From an uncultured Selenomonas sp. (lineage in GTDB: Bacteria > Bacillota > Negativicutes > Selenomonadales > Selenomonadaceae), in the NCBI RefSeq assembly GCF_963518105.1, contig NZ_CAUQID010000005.1: 64,000 nucleotides of DNA. One strand, given 5' to 3'. Shown piece by piece: positions 1 to 9,760 of the stretch. The notes below the pieces were generated by a model. The model was not told where the DNA came from. It worked only from the letters and a program-made list of their open reading frames with translations, and made no database searches. Both the position numbers and the translations under genes were made by a program. How positions within the stretch are numbered: the stretch's first letter is position 1; every line of letters starts with the position of its first letter.

Positions 1-1119
1 CACGCGGAGAGGATCCTCACCGCGGATGAGCCGAATCAGATACGCCTCTGCCTGCGTCCAATCCTCTGCGATATAGCTGCCCTCAGCCATCTTCGCATAG
101 TCCTCCGTCGGTGCAGAACCATTCGGACAGTAGATCATCGGCCGATTCAAAAGGAAGAACAACATATTGATGGAGGAGAAATCGGTCAACAGGATATCCG
201 TCGCAGTAAGTGCATCGAATAGATCGTACTGCTCCTCATCCAGCTCGATGTCATGCGCCTTCAGCAGTTCTTTGTACGCCCGAACCTCCGCCTCCGTCAT
301 CATCCCCTGCTGAACAAAATGTGCAAACATCAGCGGGTGCGGACGTATGGCAAAGCGAAGCTGTGTGCTTCCATGGCGGACTGCAAACGCCGTAAAGCAA
401 TCCTTGAACGCAAAAAAGTGACTGCCCCCGATCGCTCCCTCCGCCGTCCAGCGCGGTGTCCAGAGGATTCTGCGCCATGCGCGCGGCTGCGGACGATATG
501 TCAGACACCGCTCATAGGCAGGATACCCCAGCAGCTCAAAGTGCTGCACGCCATGTCCGACAGTATACGGATGTGCAGCGTTCATCACCGCCTGCTCCTC
601 TGCAGAGTCGCAGAAATGAAAACTCAGATAGTCGTAGAACGCGAGTTTTTCCGCCCATATATGCAGAAAATACTGCGAACTCGGGACGCCGTAGTCTACA
701 TAGCAGAGCTTCGCCATCTGCACAAGATCTGCATTCCGTGTACCTGCCAATGCACGCAGCTCCTCATAGGGAGATGCAATAAAGATATAATCCGGCTGCA
801 GGAGATGGAGATCCATGAGATTGGTATAGTCATAGACCTCTGTATAGCGGTCATGGAAGTAATGCCAGTAGGTCTCATCATACCCTCCGATGGGCATTCC
901 TGCCTGCACATCGTTCGCCGTATGGCTCGGCAGGAGGACAATGATGACCTCGGCCGTACTGTCCCGCACGAGTGCATCGTATATAGGCGACTGATTCCCC
1001 CATATCGACACATTCTGCACGAGGAAGATCACACGCATTCTGTGCTGCGCAGAACAGCGATTTCTAACCGCTGCCAGATGATAGGCAACGACAGGATATC
1101 GGGGTGGAAGTTCATCCAT
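1..1119 (-). CDS. CDP-glycerol glycerophosphotransferase (TagB/TagF-like) family protein; C-terminus runs off the window
   Basis: Absent from the ORF track because there is no stop in the window. Manual translation of the minus frame from ATG 1119 gives MDELPPRYPVVAYHLAAVRN...TDILLTDFSSINMLFFLLNRPMIYCPNG...EDPLRV, open to base 1. The C-terminal half has a TagF-like DxSS...P(I/M)IY signature. The ATG lies 6 nt after the stop of the upstream GNAT gene. Confidence 0.55.
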   Translation of the reverse strand, partial: MDELPPRYPVVAYHLAAVRNRCSAQHRMRVIFLVQNVSIWGNQSPIYDALVRDSTAEVIIVLLPSHTANDVQAGMPIGGYDETYWHYFHDRYTEVYDYTNLMDLHLLQPDYIFIASPYEELRALAGTRNADLVQMAKLCYVDYGVPSSQYFLHIWAEKLAFYDYLSFHFCDSAEEQAVMNAAHPYTVGHGVQHFELLGYPAYERCLTYRPQPRAWRRILWTPRWTAEGAIGGSHFFAFKDCFTAFAVRHGSTQLRFAIRPHPLMFAHFVQQGMMTEAEVRAYKELLKAHDIELDEEQYDLFDALTATDILLTDFSSINMLFFLLNRPMIYCPNGSAPTEDYAKMAEGSYIAEDWTQAEAYLIRLIRGEDPLRV

Positions 1120-1124
1120 ACTGT

Positions 1125-1736
1125 TCAACGCTGCACCTCCCCCTGCACACACCGAACTCTTTCCTCCACGGTATTCCGCACGCACTGCCAGTCCGCCCGC
1201 GTACGCATATACTCTGCCTGTGCCATCCCGTTCACCCGCAGCTCATGCGGGAAGTGCGCCTGCCCCTCCTGCCGATGGAAGCCGTATTTCTCATGGTAGC
1301 GGATGGATGCTGCATTCCCGCACGCAACATGTGCATAGCAGACATCGACACCGAATGCACCGTACATATAGTCAGCAAAGAGCATACTCGCCTCGGCAAA
1401 GAGGAGGCTGCCCCGATAGCGGCGATCGCCGACAAGCAGCCGTCCCGTGATGCACAGATGCGCCGCAGGATCATGATCCGTCCATCCCATCGTGGCAAAC
1501 GGTGTATCATTCTGTTTGTCCACAACAACCAGAAGTCCCTGCGTCGGATCGGAGCAATACCGCCGGTACCACGCCCTTTGTTTTTCCATATCGAGGAGAA
1601 AGGGCTGATTCAGATAGCGGTTGTTCTCCACATCGTTGCGCCATGTAATGATCGCAGGAAAATACCGCTCCTCCACCTCTGCCAGATATACGCTCCTGCC
1701 TTCCAGTCGGAGTCTCTGCATCAGCATCTCCTCCAT
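1125..1736 (-). CDS. GNAT family N-acetyltransferase (RimL-like)
   Basis: 203-aa ORF with a GNAT core (LLVGDRRYRGSLLFAEASMLFADYMYGAFGVDVCYAHVACGNAASIRYHEKYGF). It is tightly packed in the sugar-modification operon. Confidence 0.8.
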   Translation of the reverse strand: MEEMLMQRLRLEGRSVYLAEVEERYFPAIITWRNDVENNRYLNQPFLLDMEKQRAWYRRYCSDPTQGLLVVVDKQNDTPFATMGWTDHDPAAHLCITGRLLVGDRRYRGSLLFAEASMLFADYMYGAFGVDVCYAHVACGNAASIRYHEKYGFHRQEGQAHFPHELRVNGMAQAEYMRTRADWQCVRNTVEERVRCVQGEVQR

Positions 1737-1739
1737 CCG

Positions 1740-2837
1740 TTACGGACAATAGGCATTGACCGTCTCAATCACATAAGTAATCTCATCACTGCGCATTCCG
1801 TTGAACATCGGCAGACTCAGCACCTCGTCCGCATACTGCTCCGCCAGCGGGAAGCTGCCGCGCCCATGCCCGAGCGATCCGTAACATGCCGCGAGATGCG
1901 GCGGAATCGGATAGTGGATGACCGTCTCGATGCCATGCTCCTTGAGATATGCCTTAAAATGGCCGCGCATTGCCGTCCGCACAACAAACTGATGATAGAC
2001 ATGCTCCGCACCATCGCGCAGCTGCGGTAAGATAATACATTCGTTATGAATCCCCGCCAGATATTGCGCTGCAATCTCCCTGCGCTCCGCGGTTAATGCC
2101 GGCAGATGCTTCAGCTTCACGCGCAGGAGCGCCGCCTGTATCTCGTCCAGTCGGGAGTTCACACCGCAGATCTCGTTATGGTACTTCTCTCTGCTGCCGT
2201 AGTTGCGCAGCATACGGATTTTCTCTGCGAGCACGGCATCATCGGTCACGACTGCCCCCGCATCGCCGAACGCGCCGAGATTCTTCGTCGGGTAGAAGCT
2301 GAAACAGCCGAGATTGCCAAAGCGCCCCGTCATCATCCCGCCGAAATGTGCGCCGTGCGACTGGGCGCAGTCCTCGACCACAGCAAGAGCATGGCGCGCA
2401 GCAATCTCCATCACGGCAGGCATCTGCGCTGCCTGCCCGTAGAGATGGACAGGCATAATGGCGCGTGTGCGTGCAGTGACAGCAGCCTCGATGCGGGAGG
2501 TATCCAGATTGTAATATGCATCAGGCTCGACAAAGACGGGCGTCGCTCCGTTCTCCGTGACCGCGAGCACGGTTGCAATGTAGGTGTTCGCAGGAACGAT
2601 GACCTCATCCCCCGCGCTGATGCCGAGCGCACGCAGAGAGAGCGTCAGCGCGTCCTGCCCCGAGTTCAGCCCGACGGCATACCGTGCACCCGTGTAGGCA
2701 GCGAACTCCTCCTCAAAGGCCGCCAGCTCCGGTCCGAGAATATACCACCCCGAACGCAGAGCACGCAAGGCAGCCTCCTCATACGCCGCTGCACGGCATT
2801 CGTACTGCCGGCCGAGAACAGCAAGGTCAATCTTCAT
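1740..2837 (-). CDS. DegT/DnrJ/EryC1/StrS family PLP-dependent sugar aminotransferase (FdtB/WecE-like)
   Basis: ORF-track entry 1740..3212 trimmed to ATG 2837 ([13 protein letters not shown]...). Motifs: [39 protein letters not shown]. The discarded 125 upstream codons are Arg/Ser/Cys-rich and overlap the cupin gene. Confidence 0.9.
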   Translation of the reverse strand: MKIDLAVLGRQYECRAAAYEEAALRALRSGWYILGPELAAFEEEFAAYTGARYAVGLNSGQDALTLSLRALGISAGDEVIVPANTYIATVLAVTENGATPVFVEPDAYYNLDTSRIEAAVTARTRAIMPVHLYGQAAQMPAVMEIAARHALAVVEDCAQSHGAHFGGMMTGRFGNLGCFSFYPTKNLGAFGDAGAVVTDDAVLAEKIRMLRNYGSREKYHNEICGVNSRLDEIQAALLRVKLKHLPALTAERREIAAQYLAGIHNECIILPQLRDGAEHVYHQFVVRTAMRGHFKAYLKEHGIETVIHYPIPPHLAACYGSLGHGRGSFPLAEQYADEVLSLPMFNGMRSDEITYVIETVNAYCP

Positions 2838-3243
2838 GATGCCCCTCCTCCTGCACCATCCGCAGAAATGCATCATAGTCGCGGATGTAGTCCGACTCGT
2901 CATAGACATCGGACGCGAGCACCATGAGCACGGCATCTGGTGAGAAATCGTACATCTCCCGCCACATCCCGGGGGAGATGTAGAGCCCCTCGTAAGGCTT
3001 CTCGAGCGGAACAACCTTCTGCTCCCTGCCGTTGTCAAGGCGCACCCTGCAGCTCCCATGAATGCAGATGAGAATCTGCTCAAGCGCCCTGTGTGCATGA
3101 TGTCCTCGCACAACCCCTGCCCCTGTATCATACATATAGTAGACGCGTTTAATGCGGAAGGGAATGTCGTTGAACTCCTCGAGCGCAACGAGCATCCCGC
3201 GCGCATCGCCATGCGGCTGAAACATATACTTTACAATCTGCAT
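2827..3243 (-). CDS. WxcM/FdtA-like cupin, sugar 3,4-ketoisomerase
   Basis: 138 aa with motifs [16 protein letters not shown] and [22 protein letters not shown]. It overlaps the downstream aminotransferase by 11 nt. Confidence 0.8.
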   Translation of the reverse strand: MQIVKYMFQPHGDARGMLVALEEFNDIPFRIKRVYYMYDTGAGVVRGHHAHRALEQILICIHGSCRVRLDNGREQKVVPLEKPYEGLYISPGMWREMYDFSPDAVLMVLASDVYDESDYIRDYDAFLRMVQEEGHHED

Positions 3244-3261
3244 AACAACCTCTTCCGATTC

Positions 3262-3816
3262 CTATACGCGGCATTGCTCGATAAAGCGTTCCGCATCGTC
3301 TGTGAGGAGTGCGATATGTTCCCGAATCCGCGTCTCCGGCCAGTTCCACCACGCAATCCGCTGCAGGGCAGCGATGGTCTCCGCATCGAAGCGGTATCCT
3401 ATGATCTGTGCCGGATTGCCCGCCGCAACGGCATAGGACGGAACATCCTCCGTAATGATGCTGCCCGCCCGCACGATTGCCCCGTCTCCGATATGAACAC
3501 CGCCCGCGATGGTGACATGCGCGCCGATCCGCACATCACCGCCGATGATGATCTGATGCGCGCCCCTATCCTGCATCTGCATGTCAAAGATATGATTCGC
3601 CGTGCAGGATGGGACGATCTCATCAAAGGCAAAGGTCACACCATAAGAGAGTGCCGTGTAGGGACCGAGCAGGACATGAACATCCGCCCCTGCAGTCACA
3701 AAGCATGCATCCTCCACCGAGGCCATGGGGCAGGCGGTCAATACCGTTCTGCCCTGTGCATCGTTGACCTTTCTCGTATGCAGGTCCTTATCCTCCAGCA
3801 TTACATGGAAGTTCAT
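3262..3816 (-). CDS. Hexapeptide-repeat acetyltransferase, xenobiotic (Vat/CatB-like, XAT) class
   Basis: Start moved to ATG 3816, with GGAAGGAG 7 nt upstream. Left-handed beta-helix repeats (IGGDVRIGAHVTIAGGVHIGDGAIVRAGS) are followed by the C-terminal IAALQRIAWWNWPETRI motif typical of XAT enzymes. Confidence 0.8.
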   Translation of the reverse strand: MNFHVMLEDKDLHTRKVNDAQGRTVLTACPMASVEDACFVTAGADVHVLLGPYTALSYGVTFAFDEIVPSCTANHIFDMQMQDRGAHQIIIGGDVRIGAHVTIAGGVHIGDGAIVRAGSIITEDVPSYAVAAGNPAQIIGYRFDAETIAALQRIAWWNWPETRIREHIALLTDDAERFIEQCRV

Positions 3817-3849
3817 TCTTCTGCTCCTTCCCGGCGGCATACAGGTGAT

Positions 3850-5235
3850 TCAAGAGCTGTGCTCCAACACAACATCCGCATGGACAAATTGTTTCAGTGC
3901 ATCAAGATCGACATTCTGCAGATAGGACTCTGCCGCCCGCCCCCGTTCGACCTCCGCATAGTAGTCCTCCATGACCTTCATATAGGGCAGATCCGATGGC
4001 GGTCTGCCCGCGACATGCCAGTCGCACAGATCCTTCCACGCGGGATGACGCTGACCGATCAGAAGGAGCACGAGACAGTGATCCCGCCCCAGCTTTTCGA
4101 TCCACGCCTCTGAACGCCCGCAGGAGATGCCGCTGCCGTACTCGTACCAGATCAAGTTATGATCCCAGAACCCCAACGGTATATCATCTGCGACCATCAT
4201 GATATGAACGCCGTCCTCCATATAGATCACCTGCCCGAGGATGTCCCGCGTGTAGGCAGTAATCAGATGTCGGTCTACAATGAATGCTGCACCAACCGCA
4301 TAGTCCTGACAGATGAGATACGCCTCCTTGACCGCATCGGCATTCCGCTCGCGATGCGGCCGCAGATAGAACGGATTCATGCGATCCACAACAACACAAT
4401 GCCCATTTTCCCATTGATAGTTGCACGAGCGTCCGAATGCAATCCGATATCCGTTCTCCCGCATAAAGCAAAGCATATCTGCAAGCACATGCGCACTGTA
4501 TAGATAGTCTCCCGGCGATATATTCTTGATATATGCCCCGCGTGCACGGACATACATCTCCATATAATTCTTGACTGTTCCCTTGTTCTCGGGGTTGGTC
4601 AGAATCGTATAGTCCTTAAAGCGATGCTGGAGCAGCCAGCGTTCGATGTGCGCAGCATCGAAGTCCTCCGACCCGTCATCCCCCACCAGAATCTCAAAGG
4701 AGCAGTCCTGCTGGCAGATGATGGAGGAGAGGGTCGCAAACAACTTCGTCTCATCCGCATGATAGGTCGCAACACAGACACTGATATCATACGCCCGCTG
4801 ATGCGGCATCCAATCCGCAGCATAGACGACCTCCGCCTGCACACGCGCCGCGACGGACGCACAGCGCACGGAGATCTCCTCCTGCGTCGTGATCAGACAG
4901 TCTGTCTGCTGCAGCACACCATCAAAAAACGCATCCGAATAGGGCTGCGCAATGACAAGGGGAGCCTCCGCACCGAGCGCAGACAGCAGCATGCTGACCT
5001 CACCCAACAATGCGTCCGCATCCCCCTCCTGCAGCAGGATGAGTGCCGTCTGATCCGCCGCAGAGAAGGCGCGGATGTACGCACGCACCACCGTGCGCCA
5101 CAGTCCCTCGCCCGCTGCAAGATCCGGCACAAAATAATAGAGGCGGCAGCCATGCGCCCTCAGCTGTGCAAGCTGACGGGCAGCATCCTCATGGATTGCC
5201 GTACGAGTCTGCTCCGTTTCCCATGCGCTGCTCAT
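3850..5235 (-). CDS. Family 2 glycosyltransferase with an N-terminal accessory domain (paralogue A)
   Basis: Start set at ATG 5235 (GGGAGGGAG SD; MSSAWETEQ...). GT2 core: [26 protein letters not shown]...[11 protein letters not shown]. Clearly paralogous to 5660..7054. Confidence 0.8.
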   Translation of the reverse strand: MSSAWETEQTRTAIHEDAARQLAQLRAHGCRLYYFVPDLAAGEGLWRTVVRAYIRAFSAADQTALILLQEGDADALLGEVSMLLSALGAEAPLVIAQPYSDAFFDGVLQQTDCLITTQEEISVRCASVAARVQAEVVYAADWMPHQRAYDISVCVATYHADETKLFATLSSIICQQDCSFEILVGDDGSEDFDAAHIERWLLQHRFKDYTILTNPENKGTVKNYMEMYVRARGAYIKNISPGDYLYSAHVLADMLCFMRENGYRIAFGRSCNYQWENGHCVVVDRMNPFYLRPHRERNADAVKEAYLICQDYAVGAAFIVDRHLITAYTRDILGQVIYMEDGVHIMMVADDIPLGFWDHNLIWYEYGSGISCGRSEAWIEKLGRDHCLVLLLIGQRHPAWKDLCDWHVAGRPPSDLPYMKVMEDYYAEVERGRAAESYLQNVDLDALKQFVHADVVLEHSS

Positions 5236-5663
5236 CGACTTTCTCCCTCCCATGGGGTTACCCCGCCATCCCCGCCCATATATGCGCATACCACACACAT
5301 ATCCACGGGAACGTACGAGATATCACAGCGAGACATCCCAATCCGCATAATCCGCACCAGATCTTCCGTAAACTCCTGCGCTGTCAACACGAGATTCATA
5401 CAGTTCATACGTTCCTCTTTTTCCCAGCGAAACTTCAGACAGCAGTCAAATACCTGCGTCCTCAGCCGGAATGCATGGTCGGTCAGATTGAACTGACCGC
5501 GCGGCACCTTTCCCTTGATCTGCATAAAGATAAGGTTGCCCCTGATATCCCGCGCAGACGTATACAGGAATCCGTCCAGGGGCCTGCGCGGAGAATATAT
5601 AGAGCTGCCTTCTCTCTTTCCACGCGCCCACCACAGGTGCTGCCCCGCAGCAGCAAAAATCAT
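5232..5663 (-). CDS. Hypothetical protein (143 aa) wedged between the two GT2 paralogues
   Basis: Both ends form ATGA start/stop overlaps with the neighbours (5660-5663 and 5232-5235), which suggests translational coupling. No recognisable motif. Confidence 0.45.
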   Translation of the reverse strand: MIFAAAGQHLWWARGKREGSSIYSPRRPLDGFLYTSARDIRGNLIFMQIKGKVPRGQFNLTDHAFRLRTQVFDCCLKFRWEKEERMNCMNLVLTAQEFTEDLVRIMRIGMSRCDISYVPVDMCVVCAYMGGDGGVTPWEGESR

Positions 5664-7054
5664 GCAAAGTCCACCGGAGCATACACGAGTTTTTGCAGTT
5701 CCGTCGGGTCAACATTCTGCAGGTAGGATTCCCGCTCCATCGTCCGCTCCATGGTATTGTGTTGCTCCAGCAGGATAGGCGCATAGGGCGGCTCCCACGG
5801 TCTGCCCCGTGTATGCCACGAGCACAGCACACGCAGTTCCGGATGGCGTGCTGCCAGGACGGCGAGTGCCGCGCAGTTGTCCTGAAAGATACGCGCTCTC
5901 CACACGTCTGAGCGGCCGCTGGAAATCCCTGCGTCATACTCGTACCAGACAAAGTTCTGATCCCAAAAGCCGAGCACGATATCGTCCGCAATCATGAGCA
6001 TATAGACGGCATCCTCCGTATAGACGACACGTCCGGCTAACTCCTTCATGTATGCAGTAACCAGATGCCGCTCCCCCATGAAGGATGCACCGACAGCATA
6101 GTCCTGACAGATCAGATATGCCTGCTTGACTGCTGCGATATCCCGCTCCCGATGAGGCCGCAGATACGTTGGATTCATGCGGTCGACGATCGTATACCGT
6201 CCTACTTCTCTATGATAGTAGCAGGCACGGCCAAAGGCAATCCGGTAACCGCTCTCCTGCATGAAATGCATCATATCTGCCAGTACACGGTCGCCGTATA
6301 GATAATCCCCCGGAGAAATCAGTTTGAGATAGCGCCCGTGCGCATGGAGAAACATCCGCATCGCGTTTTTGACAGTCCCTTGATTTTCAGGGCTGTGCAG
6401 TATTTGAAAATCCTTGCAGCCACGCTGCAGGAGCCACAGGGTAATATGCTGCGCATCAAATTCCGCGGAACCATCGTCCCCGATCAAAATCTCAATTGAA
6501 CAGCCTTGCTGACGAATCACCGAGGTCAGCGTGGTAAACAGCTTCTCATCATCAGAACGATAAGTCGCGACACAGACGCTGACATCATAGACACGATGAT
6601 ATGGATGCCAGTCCATGCCATATACAATCTCCGCCCCTGCACGCGCAGCAATCTCTGCGCAGCAAAGCGACACCGTCTCCTTTGTCGTGACCAGGCAGTC
6701 CTCCCGCTGCAAGACGGTGCTGAGCAATTCCTCCGTATACGGATAGACGAGAACCAGCGGTGCATCCGTGCCGCATGCGAGAAGATGTTCCTGCATCTCC
6801 CCCAGTACAGCGGAACAGTCTCCCTCCGGTACAAGCAGAATCAGCGCCGCGCGATCCGCCGCAGAGAAGCCGCACAGATATGCATGAAAGACCGCACGCC
6901 AGACGTATGCATCCGACGCGAAATCCGGCACAAAATAATAGAGTCGGCAGCCCTGCGCACGCAGTTCCCCGATTTGATGCACTGCGTCTTTTTCATCGGC
7001 GGTATCTTCGTCCCGCTCCACAGTACCGCGCAAGTTCGTCTCTCCCTCCGGCAA
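5660..7054 (-). CDS. Family 2 glycosyltransferase with an N-terminal accessory domain (paralogue B)
   Basis: 464 aa with a TTG start at 7054. Motifs [26 protein letters not shown]...[11 protein letters not shown] align along the whole length with 3850..5235. Confidence 0.8.
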   Translation of the reverse strand: MPEGETNLRGTVERDEDTADEKDAVHQIGELRAQGCRLYYFVPDFASDAYVWRAVFHAYLCGFSAADRAALILLVPEGDCSAVLGEMQEHLLACGTDAPLVLVYPYTEELLSTVLQREDCLVTTKETVSLCCAEIAARAGAEIVYGMDWHPYHRVYDVSVCVATYRSDDEKLFTTLTSVIRQQGCSIEILIGDDGSAEFDAQHITLWLLQRGCKDFQILHSPENQGTVKNAMRMFLHAHGRYLKLISPGDYLYGDRVLADMMHFMQESGYRIAFGRACYYHREVGRYTIVDRMNPTYLRPHRERDIAAVKQAYLICQDYAVGASFMGERHLVTAYMKELAGRVVYTEDAVYMLMIADDIVLGFWDQNFVWYEYDAGISSGRSDVWRARIFQDNCAALAVLAARHPELRVLCSWHTRGRPWEPPYAPILLEQHNTMERTMERESYLQNVDPTELQKLVYAPVDFA

Positions 7055-7097
7055 TATCCATCTATGATATCGGATGATGTTCTCGTTTTACTAAAAA

Positions 7098-7619
7098 TCA
7101 GGTGTGCGGAAACCGATCACGCAGGAAGGGCAGCAGCAGCAAAGCAGCGATGCTGTTAACCACGCCCTCCATCAAAAGTCCGGGCGCAGAGGCGAGCGCT
7201 GCAGTCATACTCGCGTAAAGGATACCGCCCGCGAGGGTGTACGCCGCCGCCATCCAGAGACTCGATGCAACGAGCGCGCCGATGACACGTCCACGCCCCG
7301 CCGCACCGTGCCCCGTACGCGTCATTCGGCAGACAATCTCCGCCATGACAAATTTGATAGCGAGAGTCGGGATGATCCAGAGCGCAAACCCGCCGAAGAG
7401 ATCCGCCAGTGCCGAGCCGATGCAGGCGGCGAGGAGAGCGCTGCGCCGCGGTGCAAGCAGGGCGAGCAGGAAGATGACGGCATCGCCAAGATGCGCATAG
7501 CCGAGCGGGATGGGGATATGCGGCAGATAGGTCGCCGCAAAGACAAGTGCGGTCATCAGCGCAGTGAGGACGAGTTCCTGTGTTGTGAATGTCGGATGAT
7601 CTGCAGTATGATGTTCCAT
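7098..7619 (-). CDS. ECF-transporter S-component-like integral membrane protein (substrate unknown)
   Basis: Start trimmed to ATG 7619 (AAGGAG SD; MEHHTADHP...). About 5-6 hydrophobic helices and a GYAHLGDAVIF motif seen in vitamin-type S components. No ECF A/T genes are nearby. Confidence 0.6.
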   Translation of the reverse strand: MEHHTADHPTFTTQELVLTALMTALVFAATYLPHIPIPLGYAHLGDAVIFLLALLAPRRSALLAACIGSALADLFGGFALWIIPTLAIKFVMAEIVCRMTRTGHGAAGRGRVIGALVASSLWMAAAYTLAGGILYASMTAALASAPGLLMEGVVNSIAALLLLPFLRDRFPHT

Positions 7620-7714
7620 GAATACTCCTTTTATCTTTTCGCAATATACCATATCATACCCCTGCGCAAAATTCAATGCCGAAGCATCCCGCGCACACAT
7701 GCAGCCGCCGCATG

Positions 7715-7745
7715 AAAAGAGCCTCCCCGCACGCTGCGGAGAGGC
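7715..7745 (-). terminator. Rho-independent terminator after ccdA
   Basis: The minus strand reads gcctctccgcagcgtgcggggaggc followed by TTTT. Confidence 0.7.
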
Positions 7746-7754
7746 TGCTGCCGG

Positions 7755-8438
7755 CTACGAGAGGAAACGCACGAGGGAGGTCAGACCGTCCGACCAGAGC
7801 AGTATGCCAAGCAGGACGAGCACAATGCCCGCCGTCTGCTGGATGCGCGGCAGATACTGATAAAAAGCGCGCAGCTTCATAATGTGCCGCCGCCAGATGA
7901 CGGCAAGCAGGAAGAACGGTACGGCAAATCCGAGGCTGTAAACAAGGAGCAGGAGTGCCCCCGCAGAGGCGGTCGCCGTATCCCCCGCATAGAGGAGGAT
8001 AGTCGCGAGCATCGGCCCTGTGCAGGGTGTCCAGCCGAGAGTGAATCCGCAGCCAAGGAGGAATGCACCCCCGATGCCGTCGAATCCGCGCCGCTGGAAC
8101 GGGCGGTACTCACGCAGGAGCAGCGGGATCTTGATCCAGCCGGTCATAAAGATGCCCATGGCGATGATGAGCACCGCTGCTCCCTGCCGCAGCAGTTCCT
8201 GATAGGAGAAGAGCCACGCACCGATGAGCGACGCCGTCGCACCGAGCAAAACAAAGACGAGGGTAAACCCCGCAAGGAATGCTGTCGTATTCGCATAGAG
8301 CCGCCGCGCCTCCTGGCCATCCCGTGCACTGTTCTGCGCGAGGATCAGCGAGAACGTGGGCAAAAGAGGCAGGACGCAGGGTGAGATGAACGAGAGGAAC
8401 CCCGCAAGGAACGCCCCGCTGAGGAGTGTCAGATCCAT
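7755..8438 (-). CDS. ccdA: Cytochrome c-type biogenesis protein CcdA (DsbD-family thiol-disulfide transporter)
   Basis: 227 aa, 6 TM helices, with the N-terminal FISPCVLPLLP and later WTPCTGP Cys motifs. Confidence 0.9.
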   Translation of the reverse strand: MDLTLLSGAFLAGFLSFISPCVLPLLPTFSLILAQNSARDGQEARRLYANTTAFLAGFTLVFVLLGATASLIGAWLFSYQELLRQGAAVLIIAMGIFMTGWIKIPLLLREYRPFQRRGFDGIGGAFLLGCGFTLGWTPCTGPMLATILLYAGDTATASAGALLLLVYSLGFAVPFFLLAVIWRRHIMKLRAFYQYLPRIQQTAGIVLVLLGILLWSDGLTSLVRFLS

Positions 8439-8459
8439 CGCGTTCCCCCCTGTGTTTTC

Positions 8460-8996
8460 TTAGAGGTGACTGACGACATCTTCGAGTTCCTCTTTGGTCA
8501 CGCCGCCCGTCTTGCGGTAGACGACCTTGCCCTGCGCATTCACAACGACGGTCGTCGGAATGGCGCGCACGCCGTAGCGCGTCGCCGCCTCGCCCTTGGC
8601 ATCTAGCAGGACGGGCAGCTCCACCTTGCGTTCGGAAAGGAACTTTTGCACGGGCTGCGCATCCTCCTGCAGATTAACCGCGTAGAAATCAACCGTCTCC
8701 CGATGTGCCGCATAGAATGCCGCGATGTCGGGGATCTCCGCCTGGCACGGCGGACACCATGTCGCCCAGAAATTGATGATGTAGGGCTTCCCCTTCGCCT
8801 CGACTGCGATGTTCTCACCTGCGAGATTCTTGAGTGTGAACGTCGGCGCTGCCTCGCCGCTCAGTCCACGCCCCTGCGTTTCGGATGCCTGCTGCGCCGG
8901 TGCGGCGCTCTTGTCCGCACTCTCGCTCGCGCCGCACCCCGCCATCATCGAGACGGCAAATGCCGCTGCAAAGAGCGCCGTATATCTTTTTTTCAT
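8460..8996 (-). CDS. TlpA/ResA-family thiol-disulfide oxidoreductase lipoprotein
   Basis: Lipobox MMAGC, thioredoxin fold with FWATWCPPCQAE, adjacent to ccdA. Confidence 0.9.
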   Translation of the reverse strand: MKKRYTALFAAAFAVSMMAGCGASESADKSAAPAQQASETQGRGLSGEAAPTFTLKNLAGENIAVEAKGKPYIINFWATWCPPCQAEIPDIAAFYAAHRETVDFYAVNLQEDAQPVQKFLSERKVELPVLLDAKGEAATRYGVRAIPTTVVVNAQGKVVYRKTGGVTKEELEDVVSHL

Positions 8997-9013
8997 AGAA
9001 AATCCTTTCTATA

Positions 9014-9760
9014 CTAAACACCTAGGTTGCCCAGCTCGTACTGGGTCACGGCAAGTGCCGCAAGCGCTGCCGTCTCCGCGCGCAGAATGCGGCGGCCGAG
9101 CGTGACGGACTGCGCCCCCGCCGTGCGGATCATCGCCGCCTCGGCAGGAGAAAATCCCCCCTCTGCGCCGACAATGAGGACGACACGCTGCGCCGCCGTG
9201 TGCTGCAGGATACTGCGTATGGAGACTGCCTGCTCCGCCTCGTAGCAGAAAATGAGCGCCGTATCAGGCATCCCCGCATGGAACGTCCCCTGCAGGAAGC
9301 CTGTGAGCGATGCAATCGATGCAACAGGCATCAGCGTGCTGCGGCCGCACTGCTTGGCAGCTTCGTCCGCGATCTTCTGCCAGCGCGCCGTCTTTGCCGC
9401 TGCCTTTTTCTCGTCATAGCGCACGACGACGTGCTCCGTCAGTACCGGGCAGAGGCGCGCCGCCCCCAGTTCCGCCGCCTTCTGTACGACGAGATCCATC
9501 TTCTCTCCCTTGAGCAGCGCCTGTACGAGAGTGACCTCGACATCCTCTGCCTCCTCCTGCGCGAGATACGCGGAGAGGGAGAGTGCGATCGTCTCGCGGC
9601 TGACGGCGGTGACGGTCATACGGGCACTGCGCCCGTCCGTCCCCGTCACAACGACGGTATCACCTGGCTGCGCACGCATGACGTGCGCGAGGTGATGCGC
9701 ATCTCCGCCGGTGATCTCGATGGTCTCCGAAAGCGCGCCCGCATAAAACAGGCGCCGCAT
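9014..9760 (-). CDS. rsmE: 16S rRNA (uracil1498-N3)-methyltransferase RsmE
   Basis: Start set at ATG 9760 (MRRLFYAG...), which overlaps the prmA stop as TGATG. PUA-like N-terminus and a C-terminal SPOUT motif (LIVGAEGGFSPAE...LGRRILRAETA). Confidence 0.9.
   Translation of the reverse strand: MRRLFYAGALSETIEITGGDAHHLAHVMRAQPGDTVVVTGTDGRSARMTVTAVSRETIALSLSAYLAQEEAEDVEVTLVQALLKGEKMDLVVQKAAELGAARLCPVLTEHVVVRYDEKKAAAKTARWQKIADEAAKQCGRSTLMPVASIASLTGFLQGTFHAGMPDTALIFCYEAEQAVSIRSILQHTAAQRVVLIVGAEGGFSPAEAAMIRTAGAQSVTLGRRILRAETAALAALAVTQYELGNLGV

Noticed and set aside
1740-3212. N-terminal extensions in the ORF track (1740-3212, 30829-32130, 38070-39551, 55587-56711, 60474-61232, 14050-15057, 9014-9805 and others).
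   Set aside because: The extended parts overlap the upstream gene or a terminator, have a junk-like composition and lack an SD. In each case an internal start with a good SD reproduces the expected family N-terminus.
3262-3816. The Vat/CatB-like acetyltransferase considered as an antibiotic-resistance determinant.
   Set aside because: It is embedded in, and co-oriented with, an amino-sugar/glycosyltransferase operon with native GC content and no mobile context. A sugar acetyltransferase role is more parsimonious. This cannot be excluded without an assay.
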